A stretch of 64,000 nucleotides of DNA from contig OZ252100.1 of the NCBI GenBank assembly GCA_965248435.1, positions 5,248,001 through 5,312,000 of the forward strand. The letters run 5' to 3'. Under the pieces are notes generated by a model that made no database searches, was not told the origin of the DNA, and saw only the letters and a program-made list of their open reading frames with translations. The stretch comes from Candidatus Latescibacterota bacterium. Its GTDB lineage: Bacteria > Latescibacterota > UBA2968 > GCA-2709665. Positions 17,487 to 26,822 of this stretch are shown here, piece after piece. Position 1 is the stretch's first letter; each line of letters starts with the position of its first letter. A program made the translations under genes and the position numbers.

Positions 17487-17930
17487 ATGAATTTGAATAA
17501 GTTGCTTCGGCCGGATCGAATTCTGCCGGACATCACGAGCGACAAGAAGGTCGGGGCCATAAGGGAATTGGCAGGTCTGCTCGAGGGGAGTGAAGATGTG
17601 CGAGATTTTCGCTCCTTCCTCTCTTTCTTGATCCAGGAGGAAGCGCGTTCAGGAAGTGTTGTCGAGAATGAAGTGGCAATCGTGCACTGCCGTCACGAAG
17701 GGGTGATAGAACCTGCCATATGCATCGGCATGTCAAGCCACGGCATAGCTTTTGCGGCCGAGGAGGCAGTACGGATCCTCGTCTTGATTGCCTGGCCGAG
17801 CAAGCACGAAGATGTCTACCTCAAGGTATTGGGAGAACTGGCCAGACTGCTCCAACAGGAATCTGTGAGGACGCGTCTCCTGACCGGATCGACGGCCGAG
17901 GAGGCCCTCGATTCTCTAACAACTAACTGA
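17487..17930 (+). CDS. PTS EIIA (PtsN/Fru-like) domain protein
   Basis: KVGAIRELA, E...S..ENEVAIVH (phospho-His retained), HEDVYLKVLGELARLL. Confidence 0.82.
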   Translation: MNLNKLLRPDRILPDITSDKKVGAIRELAGLLEGSEDVRDFRSFLSFLIQEEARSGSVVENEVAIVHCRHEGVIEPAICIGMSSHGIAFAAEEAVRILVLIAWPSKHEDVYLKVLGELARLLQQESVRTRLLTGSTAEEALDSLTTN

Positions 17931-17973
17931 TTTATATTAGGATAGAACCCCTTCCATTCATCCCCTGCATTTC

Positions 17974-18936
17974 ATGGCAGTCATTACGATTTCCAGACAA
18001 ATCGGAAGCAGCGGTGAAGCAATCGCCCGGGGTGTGGCCGAGCACCTGGGGTTTGTCTTTATTGATCGGGCCGGGCTCGAGGACCTCGTGCTCACCTACG
18101 GCCTCGATGAGGTAGACCTTCCCCGGATCCAGGAGCGACCTCCCAACTTCTTGGAGCGTTTATACTCAGACCGGAAGTTGTATCTGCAACTTGTCGAATC
18201 CTTCATTCGAGATACGGCGGAATATGAGAATTTCGTCCTCATCGGGCGGGGAGGTCAGTGCGTCTTCAAGGATTCTGAAAATGCGTTCCACGTTCGGGTT
18301 GTTGCCTCTGAGCGAAACCGAATAGAAAACCTGGTGGAAGCTGAATCACTCGAGAGAGAAAAGGCGCGGAGCAGACTGATTGAAGCAGAGCGAACCCAGC
18401 AACGCTTTGTTGAAACCCTTTACGGAAGAAGCATAGATGACCCGTACCTCTACGATCTTGTGCTACGAACAGATCAACTCGATGTTCGGGCGTGCGTCCA
18501 CCTGATCATCCATGCCGTAGGACAACGATCTCTGACAGTACATCTCCAATCGAAAGATGTGCCCGAGAAAACTTCTGAGGCGGAAGGCGTTGCAGGTTCG
18601 CGGGTAGAAAAAACACACACTTTTGCGAACACGAGCGAAGAAGCGTTCGCAAAGATTCTGGATTTTTATCGGATCCGATGGGAGTATGAGCCAAGAACGT
18701 TTCAGTTGGAATGGGATGAGGAGGGTTTGGTCAAGGAGGCCTTCTCGCCAGACTTCTATCTGGTCGATTCGGATACGTATATCGAACTGACGACGCTGAG
18801 ACAAAGCCTTGTGACCAAAAAAAACCGCAAGTTGCGCCGGCTAAAGGAACTCTATCCGGAGGTCAACGTGCGGATCTTTTACAAGAGGGATTATCAGAAC
18901 CTTCTGATCAAATATGGACTCGTAAAAACAAAATGA
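17974..18936 (+). CDS. Cytidylate-kinase-like protein fused to a PD-(D/E)XK-like domain
   Basis: VITISRQIGSSG, VLIGRGG and YDLVL; C-terminal domain FANTSE...WEYEP...FSPDFYL...YIELTT. Confidence 0.8.
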   Translation: MAVITISRQIGSSGEAIARGVAEHLGFVFIDRAGLEDLVLTYGLDEVDLPRIQERPPNFLERLYSDRKLYLQLVESFIRDTAEYENFVLIGRGGQCVFKDSENAFHVRVVASERNRIENLVEAESLEREKARSRLIEAERTQQRFVETLYGRSIDDPYLYDLVLRTDQLDVRACVHLIIHAVGQRSLTVHLQSKDVPEKTSEAEGVAGSRVEKTHTFANTSEEAFAKILDFYRIRWEYEPRTFQLEWDEEGLVKEAFSPDFYLVDSDTYIELTTLRQSLVTKKNRKLRRLKELYPEVNVRIFYKRDYQNLLIKYGLVKTK

Positions 18937-19124
18937 ACCCCAAGTGACCTTCATCAGTCCTTTGAGATTTCTGCCCTGTTCGACTTCCCCGGTTCTCAGA
19001 AAGAATCCATCCGGATTTCAGTGTTTCCGTCCTGCAACTCCTGCCAACGGATTCTTTCTCCCCGGAAAAGCTCCTCGAACGGGTTTTCGAAGGTTCAAAG
19101 GACTTTAGGACCTCTTGGGGTTCA
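18934..19124 (-). ncRNA. Rod-shaped structured RNA, copy B (6S-like, 191 nt)
   Basis: Stems tgaaccccaag/cttggggttca and agtcctttga/tcaaaggact, an internal bubble, then cccgttcga/tcgaacaggg, cttttccgg/ccggggaag and agaaagaatcc/ggattctttct; 3' U-tract. Confidence 0.75.
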
Positions 19125-19130
19125 AGGGTC

Positions 19131-19159
19131 AATCTATACCAACCCCTGGCGTTTGTCAA
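19131..19159 (-). promoter_or_regulatory. Sigma70 promoter of ncRNA copy B
   Basis: TTGACA-17-TAGATT, with -10 ending 6 nt before the stem. Confidence 0.78.
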
Positions 19160-19261
19160 GGTTTTTTTATCGCAACTATAACCTTTGTTTCTACACGTTT
19201 ATATGACATTGTAAATATGTGATTTAAATAAATTGAAAACTGCCTAAGAGACGGGAAAACC

Positions 19262-19810
19262 ATGGAAAATGGGGAAAGTCGCGTCCAAAGGATCCTTATC
19301 GAAGCGGAGGCCATCCAACAAAAGGTTTCCGAGCTCGGCCGGCAAATCTCCGAAGACGAGACGGATGCGGCCGATCCACTCGTCCTCATCGGGATTCTAA
19401 AGGGGTCCCTCATATTTCTGGCCGACCTTTCCCGAGCGATCTCCAACCCGATCCAGATCGAGTTTATGTCGATTTCGAGTTATGATGCCAGCCAGAGCTC
19501 GGGTGTCGTCCGAATTCTGAAGGACCTGGATGTTAACATCACAAACCGCCGCGTTCTGATCGTGGAGGGCATCATCGACACTGGACTTACCCTCAACTAC
19601 GTCCTTCGAAGCCTCCAGGCAAGAAGACCTGAAAGTCTGAAAGTTTGCACGCTCCTCGACAAACCCGCACGCCGCTCGGTTGACATCCCGATCGACTATC
19701 TGGGTTTCACGATTCCAGATGAATTCGTTGTCGGCTACGGTCTCGATTTTAACCAGGAGTTTCGAAATCTGCCCTTTATCGGGGTCCTGGACTCGGGCGG
19801 CCACGCTTAG
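19262..19810 (+). CDS. hpt: Hypoxanthine phosphoribosyltransferase
   Basis: GILKGSLIFLADL, SSY, VLIVEGIIDTGLTL, LLDKP and FVVGYGLD motifs. Confidence 0.93.
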   Translation: MENGESRVQRILIEAEAIQQKVSELGRQISEDETDAADPLVLIGILKGSLIFLADLSRAISNPIQIEFMSISSYDASQSSGVVRILKDLDVNITNRRVLIVEGIIDTGLTLNYVLRSLQARRPESLKVCTLLDKPARRSVDIPIDYLGFTIPDEFVVGYGLDFNQEFRNLPFIGVLDSGGHA

Positions 19811-19947
19811 CAGGTTGTCGCTCGCCAGCGGATCGAATCGTGGGTGGGTATGCAAAGATCGTCTCGCCATTCGTTGATTGAGGATAAGACCGAGGGAGAG
19901 TTCACGAATCACTATATTAGAAATGGTAATATAGTCTATAAAAATAC

Positions 19948-20325
19948 TTGACATATCTCAGATTTTTGACTATGTTCTTCATTGAGGAATGAACAACAAT
20001 TTTGGCAGGCGTCCGAATGGTCTGGAGTTTCGACCGAGAGCTCGCTGTGAGATCGATGCCCCGTTGGCTTCAGCATCCTCCTGCTGATCTGGAATGAATA
20101 TTCCGAGTAGGCGACGATCTCCAATGCTCAACGTTGGAGAGTGGGATCACGGGCGTGAGTTGTGGGCCGGGAACCTGTAACAAAGAGGAGGGTCTATGCC
20201 ACCGGACTGTTTAGCCGGCCGTAATCCTGCAAGATGTCGGTGGATTCTCCCTTACGGCCTACAAAAATTGAGATGAGCAAGTTAAAACGGCCGCGATGAG
20301 TCTTCTCTCGTCGCGGCCGTTCTAT
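19948..20325 (+). ncRNA. Putative orphan structured RNA (promoter to terminator, ~340 nt transcript)
   Basis: TTGACA-17-TATGTT at 19948-19976, many nested hairpins, a 15-bp terminal hairpin at 20286-20321, and no long ORF. Confidence 0.5.
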
Positions 20326-20565
20326 TCGAGATACTGATCGGATAACCGGAATCGTAAATTGAGTATACGGTATATATTAGAAATTATAATATATACAATT
20401 AAATTAACTTGCGATTTGGCAAGAATTTGTTTAATATTTGCGAGAAAGACTTTTGAAGGTTATTTCAAGGGGATAGAATTACTGGTCTGACGGGCGTGAA
20501 CTATGTTGGGGAATGGATAGGCAGAGAAGACAGTATCGCCATAACCCTTTCCTGGATCTCCTGCC

Positions 20566-21429
20566 ATGGCAGATGGTAAACGTGCAGCTGGGGCGAACGC
20601 AGAAGATTCCTTACTCAACTATATGGAGAGCATATCCACATCTCGTCCGCTCTCTCCACGGGAAGAAGCGGCCCTGGCCCGGCGAATCCGAAAGGGCGAT
20701 CTTAGTGCTCGAGACAGGCTGGTCGAAGCCAATCTGAGATTTGTCGTTCGGGTTGCTCGCGAATACCGGAATTTGGGCGCACCCCTTAACGACTTGATCA
20801 GTGCTGGTAACGTTGGATTAATACAAGCAGCAGAACGGTTCGATGAGACCAAGGGATTCAAGTTTATTACTTATGCGGTCTGGTGGATCCGGCAGCAGAT
20901 CATGGAGTCGCTTTCCGATTATCCACGACTGGTGAGACTACCGTCCAACCGGCTTGAGTTACTTCATAAAATAGGCCGTTGTATTAAATCCTCGCAATCT
21001 AAAAGTAACTCTTTGCCATCTAACGAGGAGATCGCTAGAGAGCTGGGAATTACTGTAGGCAAACTTGTGGATACTGTTCTAAAGGGCCGGGACGTGCTCT
21101 CTTTAGATGCTGTATTCGATGGTGCAAACTTCCAAAGTTTGATGGACGTGACGCCTGATCAAACCCAGGAATCGCCGGAGGAACAACTGGCCCGCACCAC
21201 TCGGGACAGCGAGATCCAATCTGCGTTGGGCACATTGGAAGAACGTGAACGAGACGTCCTCTTAATGTACTTCGGCTTGGATGGCAAAGGCAGTAGGACC
21301 CTGAATGACATAGGGTGCGATTTGGGGGTGAGTCGCGAACGTGTGCGCCAGATTAAGGAGAAGGCGCTCATTAAGCTGCGGCATCCAATGCGAGGTCAGA
21401 AGCTCCTGAAATACGCGCTGGAGATGTGA
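20566..21429 (+). CDS. Short RpoD/SigA-family sigma70 factor (no region 1.1)
   Basis: LVEANLRFVV, DLISAGNVGL, GFKFITYAVWWIRQ and GVSRERVRQIKEKAL motifs. Confidence 0.93.
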   Translation: MADGKRAAGANAEDSLLNYMESISTSRPLSPREEAALARRIRKGDLSARDRLVEANLRFVVRVAREYRNLGAPLNDLISAGNVGLIQAAERFDETKGFKFITYAVWWIRQQIMESLSDYPRLVRLPSNRLELLHKIGRCIKSSQSKSNSLPSNEEIARELGITVGKLVDTVLKGRDVLSLDAVFDGANFQSLMDVTPDQTQESPEEQLARTTRDSEIQSALGTLEERERDVLLMYFGLDGKGSRTLNDIGCDLGVSRERVRQIKEKALIKLRHPMRGQKLLKYALEM

Positions 21430-21561
21430 CCTCAATAGTATCTTAGCGCGACACAATGTCGTGTTCCTGCGGGCGAATAGCCCTGACTGAAGGGGGCGCG
21501 ACACTTTTTTCTAGACAGGTGTAAGTAGCAATCATTCCAGGAAGATAGCGCGCTTCCTCAT

Positions 21562-22128
21562 TCATCTTATCGCCTCCTGCCTGATTACGTCCAGGGACTT
21601 TCGAGCGGACTGTCGGATGAGACGATCCAGGATCCACCCCGGGATGAAAAAGGCAGGTCGGAGTCGAGTGGACAAGTGCAGGCGCTGCCCATCCGGATTC
21701 GACTCCAGCGTCCAGGATGTGTCAAACGTGTGGAAGTCTCCCTCGATTAGTTTGCAGACTATCTGAACTGGCGGTCTCTCCTCGATCCTGCGGACAGCCC
21801 TCACGCGTCTGGAAAAGAAAAGAAAGCGTGCTTTGAGGATTTGCTCGATAACGATGGCGCCGTCCGGATGACGGGCAAGGATCCTGCTTGCTTCGATGTT
21901 GGGTTGGAAAGTCTCCGGGTTGTCATAATCCGTGAGCGCCTTCTACAGGATATCCGAGGTCACAGGGACGTCGATGGTTCCCGTGATGACACGAACTTCG
22001 CCCTCTTTGTGAAGGCTGACGTTGGCTTCGTTTTCTACCTGGGAAGACGGGTCAAGAGGGCAGAGGAGGGTGGTGCATAGAAACAGGATCTTGGGAAGGT
22101 AAAAGGTACCTGGTAAGTGGATCCGCAT
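21562..22128 (-). pseudogene. SRPBCC/polyketide-cyclase family protein with an in-frame amber stop
   Basis: ORFs 21943-22128 and 21562-21804 are in frame: ...DVPVTSDIL*KALTDYD...IEGDFHTFDTSWTL. The TAG sits where Trp (W..LTDY) is expected. Confidence 0.75.
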
Positions 22129-22188
22129 GGAATCTGGGGTTGGCTCGAGGCCGGCAAGCGGGATTGATCCAATGTTATGTTGACACGT

Positions 22189-22938
22189 TCATGTGAGGCT
22201 CCTGATGAGCAAGGCGATGGCCAGGAGATCCACGCTGTAGACGATCAGTTTCAAGGCTCGCTGCGGTCTCCGAATCAGCTCTTGTGTGGTCGCCTTTTGA
22301 CGGCTGCCGTCTGCGAACTCGAGGGCCGAGATGGGGGCCCCTCTTCTATGACTCTTTACCCAACGGCTGAGAGAGATCTGGACGCCTGCGGTGCCCGAGA
22401 GAGCGGCGGCGATCAGAAGCGTCCAAATCGGGAGATACAGGGCCTGAAGGTAGTAACTGGCGAGAAAAGGAAGACCGGCCCAGCTGACTGAAAACCAGAG
22501 GTCATCGTGGAATCTACCTCTAAACCATTCCAGATTGTAGGAAAAGACGAAGAAAGTTTCGATGACGACGAAGGCGAGAAAGGCGAAGCTGAGTGTAAAG
22601 GCATAGTAGAATCCAATGCCCATCGCCGGGAGGAGTGTGATGGCCGCAAGGAGATAAAGCGTCCGGTTTGAAAATCCGGTTCCCCAGGGGTGTCCTCTGC
22701 TCTCGTCCAGGAAGTGGGCCGTTCCCCCCAAACCCAGGAGATAGGCGACAACCAGCCAGAACAGGCGATCGGCGTGGAATGATGGTGCGAGACATCCCCC
22801 GATGGTCACGAAGGCAAGGACCATAGATGTATAAGGGGGGTGAAGGAGGGTCCAAAGGTCCTTCCACGGGCTTCCGCCTGTTGCATACCAGGCCCCCTTC
22901 ACGGTCGCGTTCCCACGATCAATGTCGCGATCCCGCAC
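22189..22938 (-). CDS. Polytopic membrane protein, UbiA-like
   Basis: LHPPYT, AHFLDE, SYNLEWFRGRFHDD, multiple TM helices; coupled to a UbiE-type gene. Confidence 0.65.
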   Translation of the reverse strand: MRDRDIDRGNATVKGAWYATGGSPWKDLWTLLHPPYTSMVLAFVTIGGCLAPSFHADRLFWLVVAYLLGLGGTAHFLDESRGHPWGTGFSNRTLYLLAAITLLPAMGIGFYYAFTLSFAFLAFVVIETFFVFSYNLEWFRGRFHDDLWFSVSWAGLPFLASYYLQALYLPIWTLLIAAALSGTAGVQISLSRWVKSHRRGAPISALEFADGSRQKATTQELIRRPQRALKLIVYSVDLLAIALLIRSLT

Positions 22939-23708
22939 GTGAGCGAATGGGATTCAACCTCCTTCAACCCGATTCGGTCCAGCGTCGATATGACCTCCTC
23001 CACACTTTTGAAGTTCATGATCGAGCGCCAGAGGTATTCAAACGTGTCTTCCCACTCAGGGGATATCGCACGGCCGATCGCTGGCAGTCCCTTGCAGAGG
23101 TAGGGGGTGTAGATGCGCGAAACGAGGGGGTTGGCCGGGCGCGTAAAATCGATTGAGATGATCTTCCCTCCCGGACGAACCACGCGAGCCATCTCCGAAA
23201 AGGATCTTTCAAGGGAGGAAAGGTTGCGGAGGGCCAGTCCGATGCTGACCGCATCGAATCGTTCATCAGGAAATGGCAGGCTTTCCGTAACTCCGCATAC
23301 GAGGCTCAGACGGTCATTCCGTCTGCGTCTTTCTCGCACCTGGTTTGCTCGCTCGAGCATCGCAGCAGTGAGGTCCAGGGCAACCACTTTGACGCTTGGG
23401 CCGAGTGCGTCGATCCAATCGAATGCGAAAATTCCAGTTCCGGTGGCCAGATCGAGGATCTGTGCAGGCGGCTTGATCCCCGACTTTCGCATCGCTTTTC
23501 GGCGCCACCGTGCGTCTTGCCGACACGTGAGGACCCTGAGGAACTGATCGTATTCATCAGGAATGCCTGAGAAGAGAGCCCTGAGGAATTCAGCTTTTTC
23601 TTCGAGCAACGGTCGGTGCCCCAATTCTTTTTTTGTTGCCAAAATTTTGGAAAGTGACGATAATATGAACTGATCAGGGATATTTGTCAACCTGATCAGG
23701 TGAATCAC
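22899..23708 (-). CDS. UbiE/MenG-family SAM methyltransferase
   Basis: ILDLATGTG, LPFPDERFDAV and EMARVVRPGG motifs; true start probably TTG ~23642. Confidence 0.85.
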   Translation of the reverse strand: MIHLIRLTNIPDQFILSSLSKILATKKELGHRPLLEEKAEFLRALFSGIPDEYDQFLRVLTCRQDARWRRKAMRKSGIKPPAQILDLATGTGIFAFDWIDALGPSVKVVALDLTAAMLERANQVRERRRRNDRLSLVCGVTESLPFPDERFDAVSIGLALRNLSSLERSFSEMARVVRPGGKIISIDFTRPANPLVSRIYTPYLCKGLPAIGRAISPEWEDTFEYLWRSIMNFKSVEEVISTLDRIGLKEVESHSLTCGIATLIVGTRP

Positions 23709-23789
23709 AAGGTTTTGTTTCCGTTTTTCCGGTTCGTGAGCCGGGGGGCGCTTTGGTGGAAATGTTTCAAACCGAAGGGAGGGAATGAG

Positions 23790-23981
23790 ATGAAAGCAGT
23801 TGTTATGATCCTAATGATCGCTTCAGCGCTTGCCCTGATCCTGGCGGCCATGATGGGATTTAATATTGGTCCCGGAAACATTCTTGCAATCAGCGGGCGA
23901 GGGTTCCTTGATCTATCGATTGCTTGCTCATTGTTTGTGATTGCAACGCATCTGGCAAAACCGTTTGGAGATTCTGATTGA
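23790..23981 (+). CDS. Small two-TM membrane protein
   Basis: GGAGGG RBS then MKAVVMILMIASALALILAAMMG; two hydrophobic helices. Confidence 0.65.
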   Translation: MKAVVMILMIASALALILAAMMGFNIGPGNILAISGRGFLDLSIACSLFVIATHLAKPFGDSD

Positions 23982-24126
23982 CCCGACCGCAGTAGAGGCT
24001 ATCTTATTCCCCGCAGCCCTCGTTGACGCACGGCGACAGGAAGAAGTTTAGAGATAGGCTCTAAGGCATTCCATTCTGAGACGGCCGGGCGGATCCTCTG
24101 GCTCACGACTCGATTCGGAAATTGTA

Positions 24127-26385
24127 GTGCTGTCATGCTTGATGGTTGCAGACGACTTTACCGGAGCCTGCGACACGGGTCTTCAATTTGCCCGGTCCGG
24201 GCTCCGGACTTTTGTATTGATCGACCTTGAAGACGGCTCGGCTCCGCAGATCGATGCCGACGTGCTGGTCCTGGATACGGAGAGTAGGAACTGCGATCCT
24301 GTGAAGGCCGAGCGCCTGGTTCAGACCGCCTGTTCAAAACTGTCGGGTGTGCGGACCAGGCTTTTCTATAAGAAAGTCGATTCCGCACTTCGCGGAAACC
24401 TGGCAACAGAGATCTGGGCCACGATGCAGGGATTTGGGCTCAATCTCTGTTTTTTTGCACCCGCCCTTCCGGACGAGGGGAGAGTGACGGTTGACGGCCA
24501 TCACCTCGTGGATGGAGTGCCGGTTCATCGAACAGAAGTCGGCCGGGATCCGGGCTCGCCTGTAAGGGATTCACGCCTGTCCAGCCTCCTGGGCGGCGAG
24601 CCGCGGATTGGGGTCACTTCAATGGACCTGGAGAAAGTGCAGAAGGGTCCGGAAGAGATCAGCAGATCCCTGAAGTCGCTGGGAGGATCCAAGCCGACTG
24701 TTGTCGTTTTCGATGCGACCACGCCCGAAGACCTGAAGTCCATCGCGATTTCGGCAGCCTGCCGCGCTGTCCCTCCACTGCTATGCGGCTCAGCTGGTCT
24801 GGCAGGCCAGGTGCCGGATGCGTTTGGCCTCGAAGGCAGCAGAGGCATTCGCGATGTCCATTTGGGGAGTGGTCCTCTCTTGTTCGCGATCGGCACTTCC
24901 GAATCGGAGACCAGGCAGCAGGTGAGGGCCCTGTGCGGCGAGTTGGGCATTCAGGAATGGGAGATCGCACTAGAAGCATCTACCCCTGAGCGACGAGATG
25001 CCCTGGTGGAGGAAGTAAGCGCGCGTTTATCGTCCGGGAGAGATGCTGTTGTTTCTGTCGCAGGGCTTGGGCAGGGTGCAAAGGAGGAGGTGGTCGCTGG
25101 CGCGATTCGTGAACTTGCGCGGATCGTGAGATGTCTCGTGGAGGAGGCATCACCCGCATCTGTGATCAGTTCAGGCGGATGGACGACGTCGGAGATCCTT
25201 CAGGCCATGGATGGAACAGGAGCTGAGATCCTGGGGGGCATCGCTCCGAATATGCCAATCTACAAGATCGTGGGTGGTCCGTTCCGGGGGTTTAAGATGG
25301 CGACGAAGGGGGGCGCCCTCGGAGAGAAAGGGGTGTTCGTGAATACAGCGAAACGGGTTAGACCCGATCCAGGGAAAGGGCACGATCGGGACCGACCCAT
25401 CTTAGGCTTGACGATGGGCGATCCGTGCGGCATCGGGCCGGAAATCATCGCAAAAGCCCTGTGCAGGCGGGACATCTTCGACCTGTGTCGGCCAGTGGTG
25501 ATTGGGGATGTGGACATCCTGAGCGACAATCTGAAGTTTGCAGGAAGGGAGTTGGAGATCAACCCCATAGCTGCTGCTGGAGACGGCCGGTACGAATGGG
25601 GTGTGATCGACATCTGCGAGCCGGTCAACCTTGAATTGTCGACGATCCGGCCCGGCAGGGTTTTTCCAGAAGCGGGTCGAGCAGCCGTGGAATGGGTCCT
25701 TGCAGCTGTTGACATGGCGATGTCGGGACAGACCGACGGACTCGTAACGGCTCCACTGAACAAGGAGGCAATGAACAAGGCGGGATTTCCCTACGCCGGG
25801 CACACAGAACTGATCGGGGATCGGACAGAGGCGAAGACACCCAGACTGATGCTCGTTTCCAAGCGACTAAATGTGGTCCACGTGACGACGCACGTCGCTT
25901 TTCGGGAAGTTCCGAATCTGCTGACACAGGAAAGGGTGTTCGACACGATCGTCCTGGCCGGTCGCGCGATGAAGGATTTGGGAATACCGGAACCCCGAAT
26001 CGTCGTGGCCGGTCTAAATCCCCACGCGGGGGAGGCGAGGCTGTTTGGACGGGAAGACGCAGAGACTATTCTGCCTGCAGTTGAGCGGGCAAGCCGGGAG
26101 GGCTGGGACGTTACAGGACCGATGTCTCCCGACGCGACCTTTTTCAAGGCATACAACGGAGATTTCGACGTCGTGGTCGCGATCTACCACGATCAGGGTC
26201 ATATCCCGATCAAACTGGTGGCTTTCAACGATGCCGTAAATGTGACGCTCGGGCTCCCGATCGTGAGGACTTCGGTGGACCACGGCACCGCTTTCGACAT
26301 CGCTTGGAAGGGGATAGCGGATGAAACGAATCTCTTGCGAGCGATTGAACTTGCTGCAGAAATGTCCGTCAGGCGAAAAGGCTGA
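24127..26385 (+). CDS. Four-carbon acid-sugar kinase (DUF1537) fused to a PdxA2 dehydrogenase
   Basis: ADDFTGACD, YKKVDSALRGN, GSAGLA and TKGG, followed by TMGDPCGIGPE, GHTE, GLNPHAGE, YHDQG and RTSVDHGTA. Confidence 0.9.
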   Translation: MLSCLMVADDFTGACDTGLQFARSGLRTFVLIDLEDGSAPQIDADVLVLDTESRNCDPVKAERLVQTACSKLSGVRTRLFYKKVDSALRGNLATEIWATMQGFGLNLCFFAPALPDEGRVTVDGHHLVDGVPVHRTEVGRDPGSPVRDSRLSSLLGGEPRIGVTSMDLEKVQKGPEEISRSLKSLGGSKPTVVVFDATTPEDLKSIAISAACRAVPPLLCGSAGLAGQVPDAFGLEGSRGIRDVHLGSGPLLFAIGTSESETRQQVRALCGELGIQEWEIALEASTPERRDALVEEVSARLSSGRDAVVSVAGLGQGAKEEVVAGAIRELARIVRCLVEEASPASVISSGGWTTSEILQAMDGTGAEILGGIAPNMPIYKIVGGPFRGFKMATKGGALGEKGVFVNTAKRVRPDPGKGHDRDRPILGLTMGDPCGIGPEIIAKALCRRDIFDLCRPVVIGDVDILSDNLKFAGRELEINPIAAAGDGRYEWGVIDICEPVNLELSTIRPGRVFPEAGRAAVEWVLAAVDMAMSGQTDGLVTAPLNKEAMNKAGFPYAGHTELIGDRTEAKTPRLMLVSKRLNVVHVTTHVAFREVPNLLTQERVFDTIVLAGRAMKDLGIPEPRIVVAGLNPHAGEARLFGREDAETILPAVERASREGWDVTGPMSPDATFFKAYNGDFDVVVAIYHDQGHIPIKLVAFNDAVNVTLGLPIVRTSVDHGTAFDIAWKGIADETNLLRAIELAAEMSVRRKG

Positions 26386-26442
26386 TCCCACGTTCGTGGA
26401 TCTTTTCGATTCTTTGTATAAAAGCCTGTTCAATTATGAGGG

Positions 26443-26811
26443 ATGAGCGAGGTGAAGATTCTGCTGGCAGATGATGAACCGGATATTGTTTCGCTTTACC
26501 GAGAGATGCTGGAGGGAAACGGCTTCGAGGTAGAAACGGCACAGGACGGAAGAAAAACCCTGGAGCGGATCGCTGATGAGACTTTCGATCTCATCATCCT
26601 GGACCTTCACATGCCCAAAGTTTCCGGATTCGAGGTTATGGAGGAATTACGTTCGGAAGGGCGGAGGATTCCCATCATTGTCATGACGGGACATTATCCG
26701 GTGGAGGAAGTCAGTGAACGGATCCAGGGATTTGGCGTGGGTGCCGTGCTCAGGAAACCGGTTATGATCACGACTTTGCTGGACGCCGTGAATGCGGCCA
26801 TTGGAGAATGA
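26443..26811 (+). CDS. Stand-alone response-regulator receiver
   Basis: ILLADDE, LIILDLHMP, MTG and KP motifs. Confidence 0.9.
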   Translation: MSEVKILLADDEPDIVSLYREMLEGNGFEVETAQDGRKTLERIADETFDLIILDLHMPKVSGFEVMEELRSEGRRIPIIVMTGHYPVEEVSERIQGFGVGAVLRKPVMITTLLDAVNAAIGE

Positions 26812-26822
26812 ATGGCGTGTGA

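Noticed and set aside
5417-19124. The two repeats as attL/attR of a 13.5 kb island or as MITEs
   Set aside because: They are too diverged and show compensatory changes, each has its own promoter, there is no integrase or TSD, and the catabolic cluster continues outside the repeats
19983-20325. Identification as tmRNA, RNase P, SRP or a cobalamin riboswitch
   Set aside because: The hallmark motifs (tRNA-like ends, GAGGAAAGUCC, SRP helix 8, B12 box) were not found by eye
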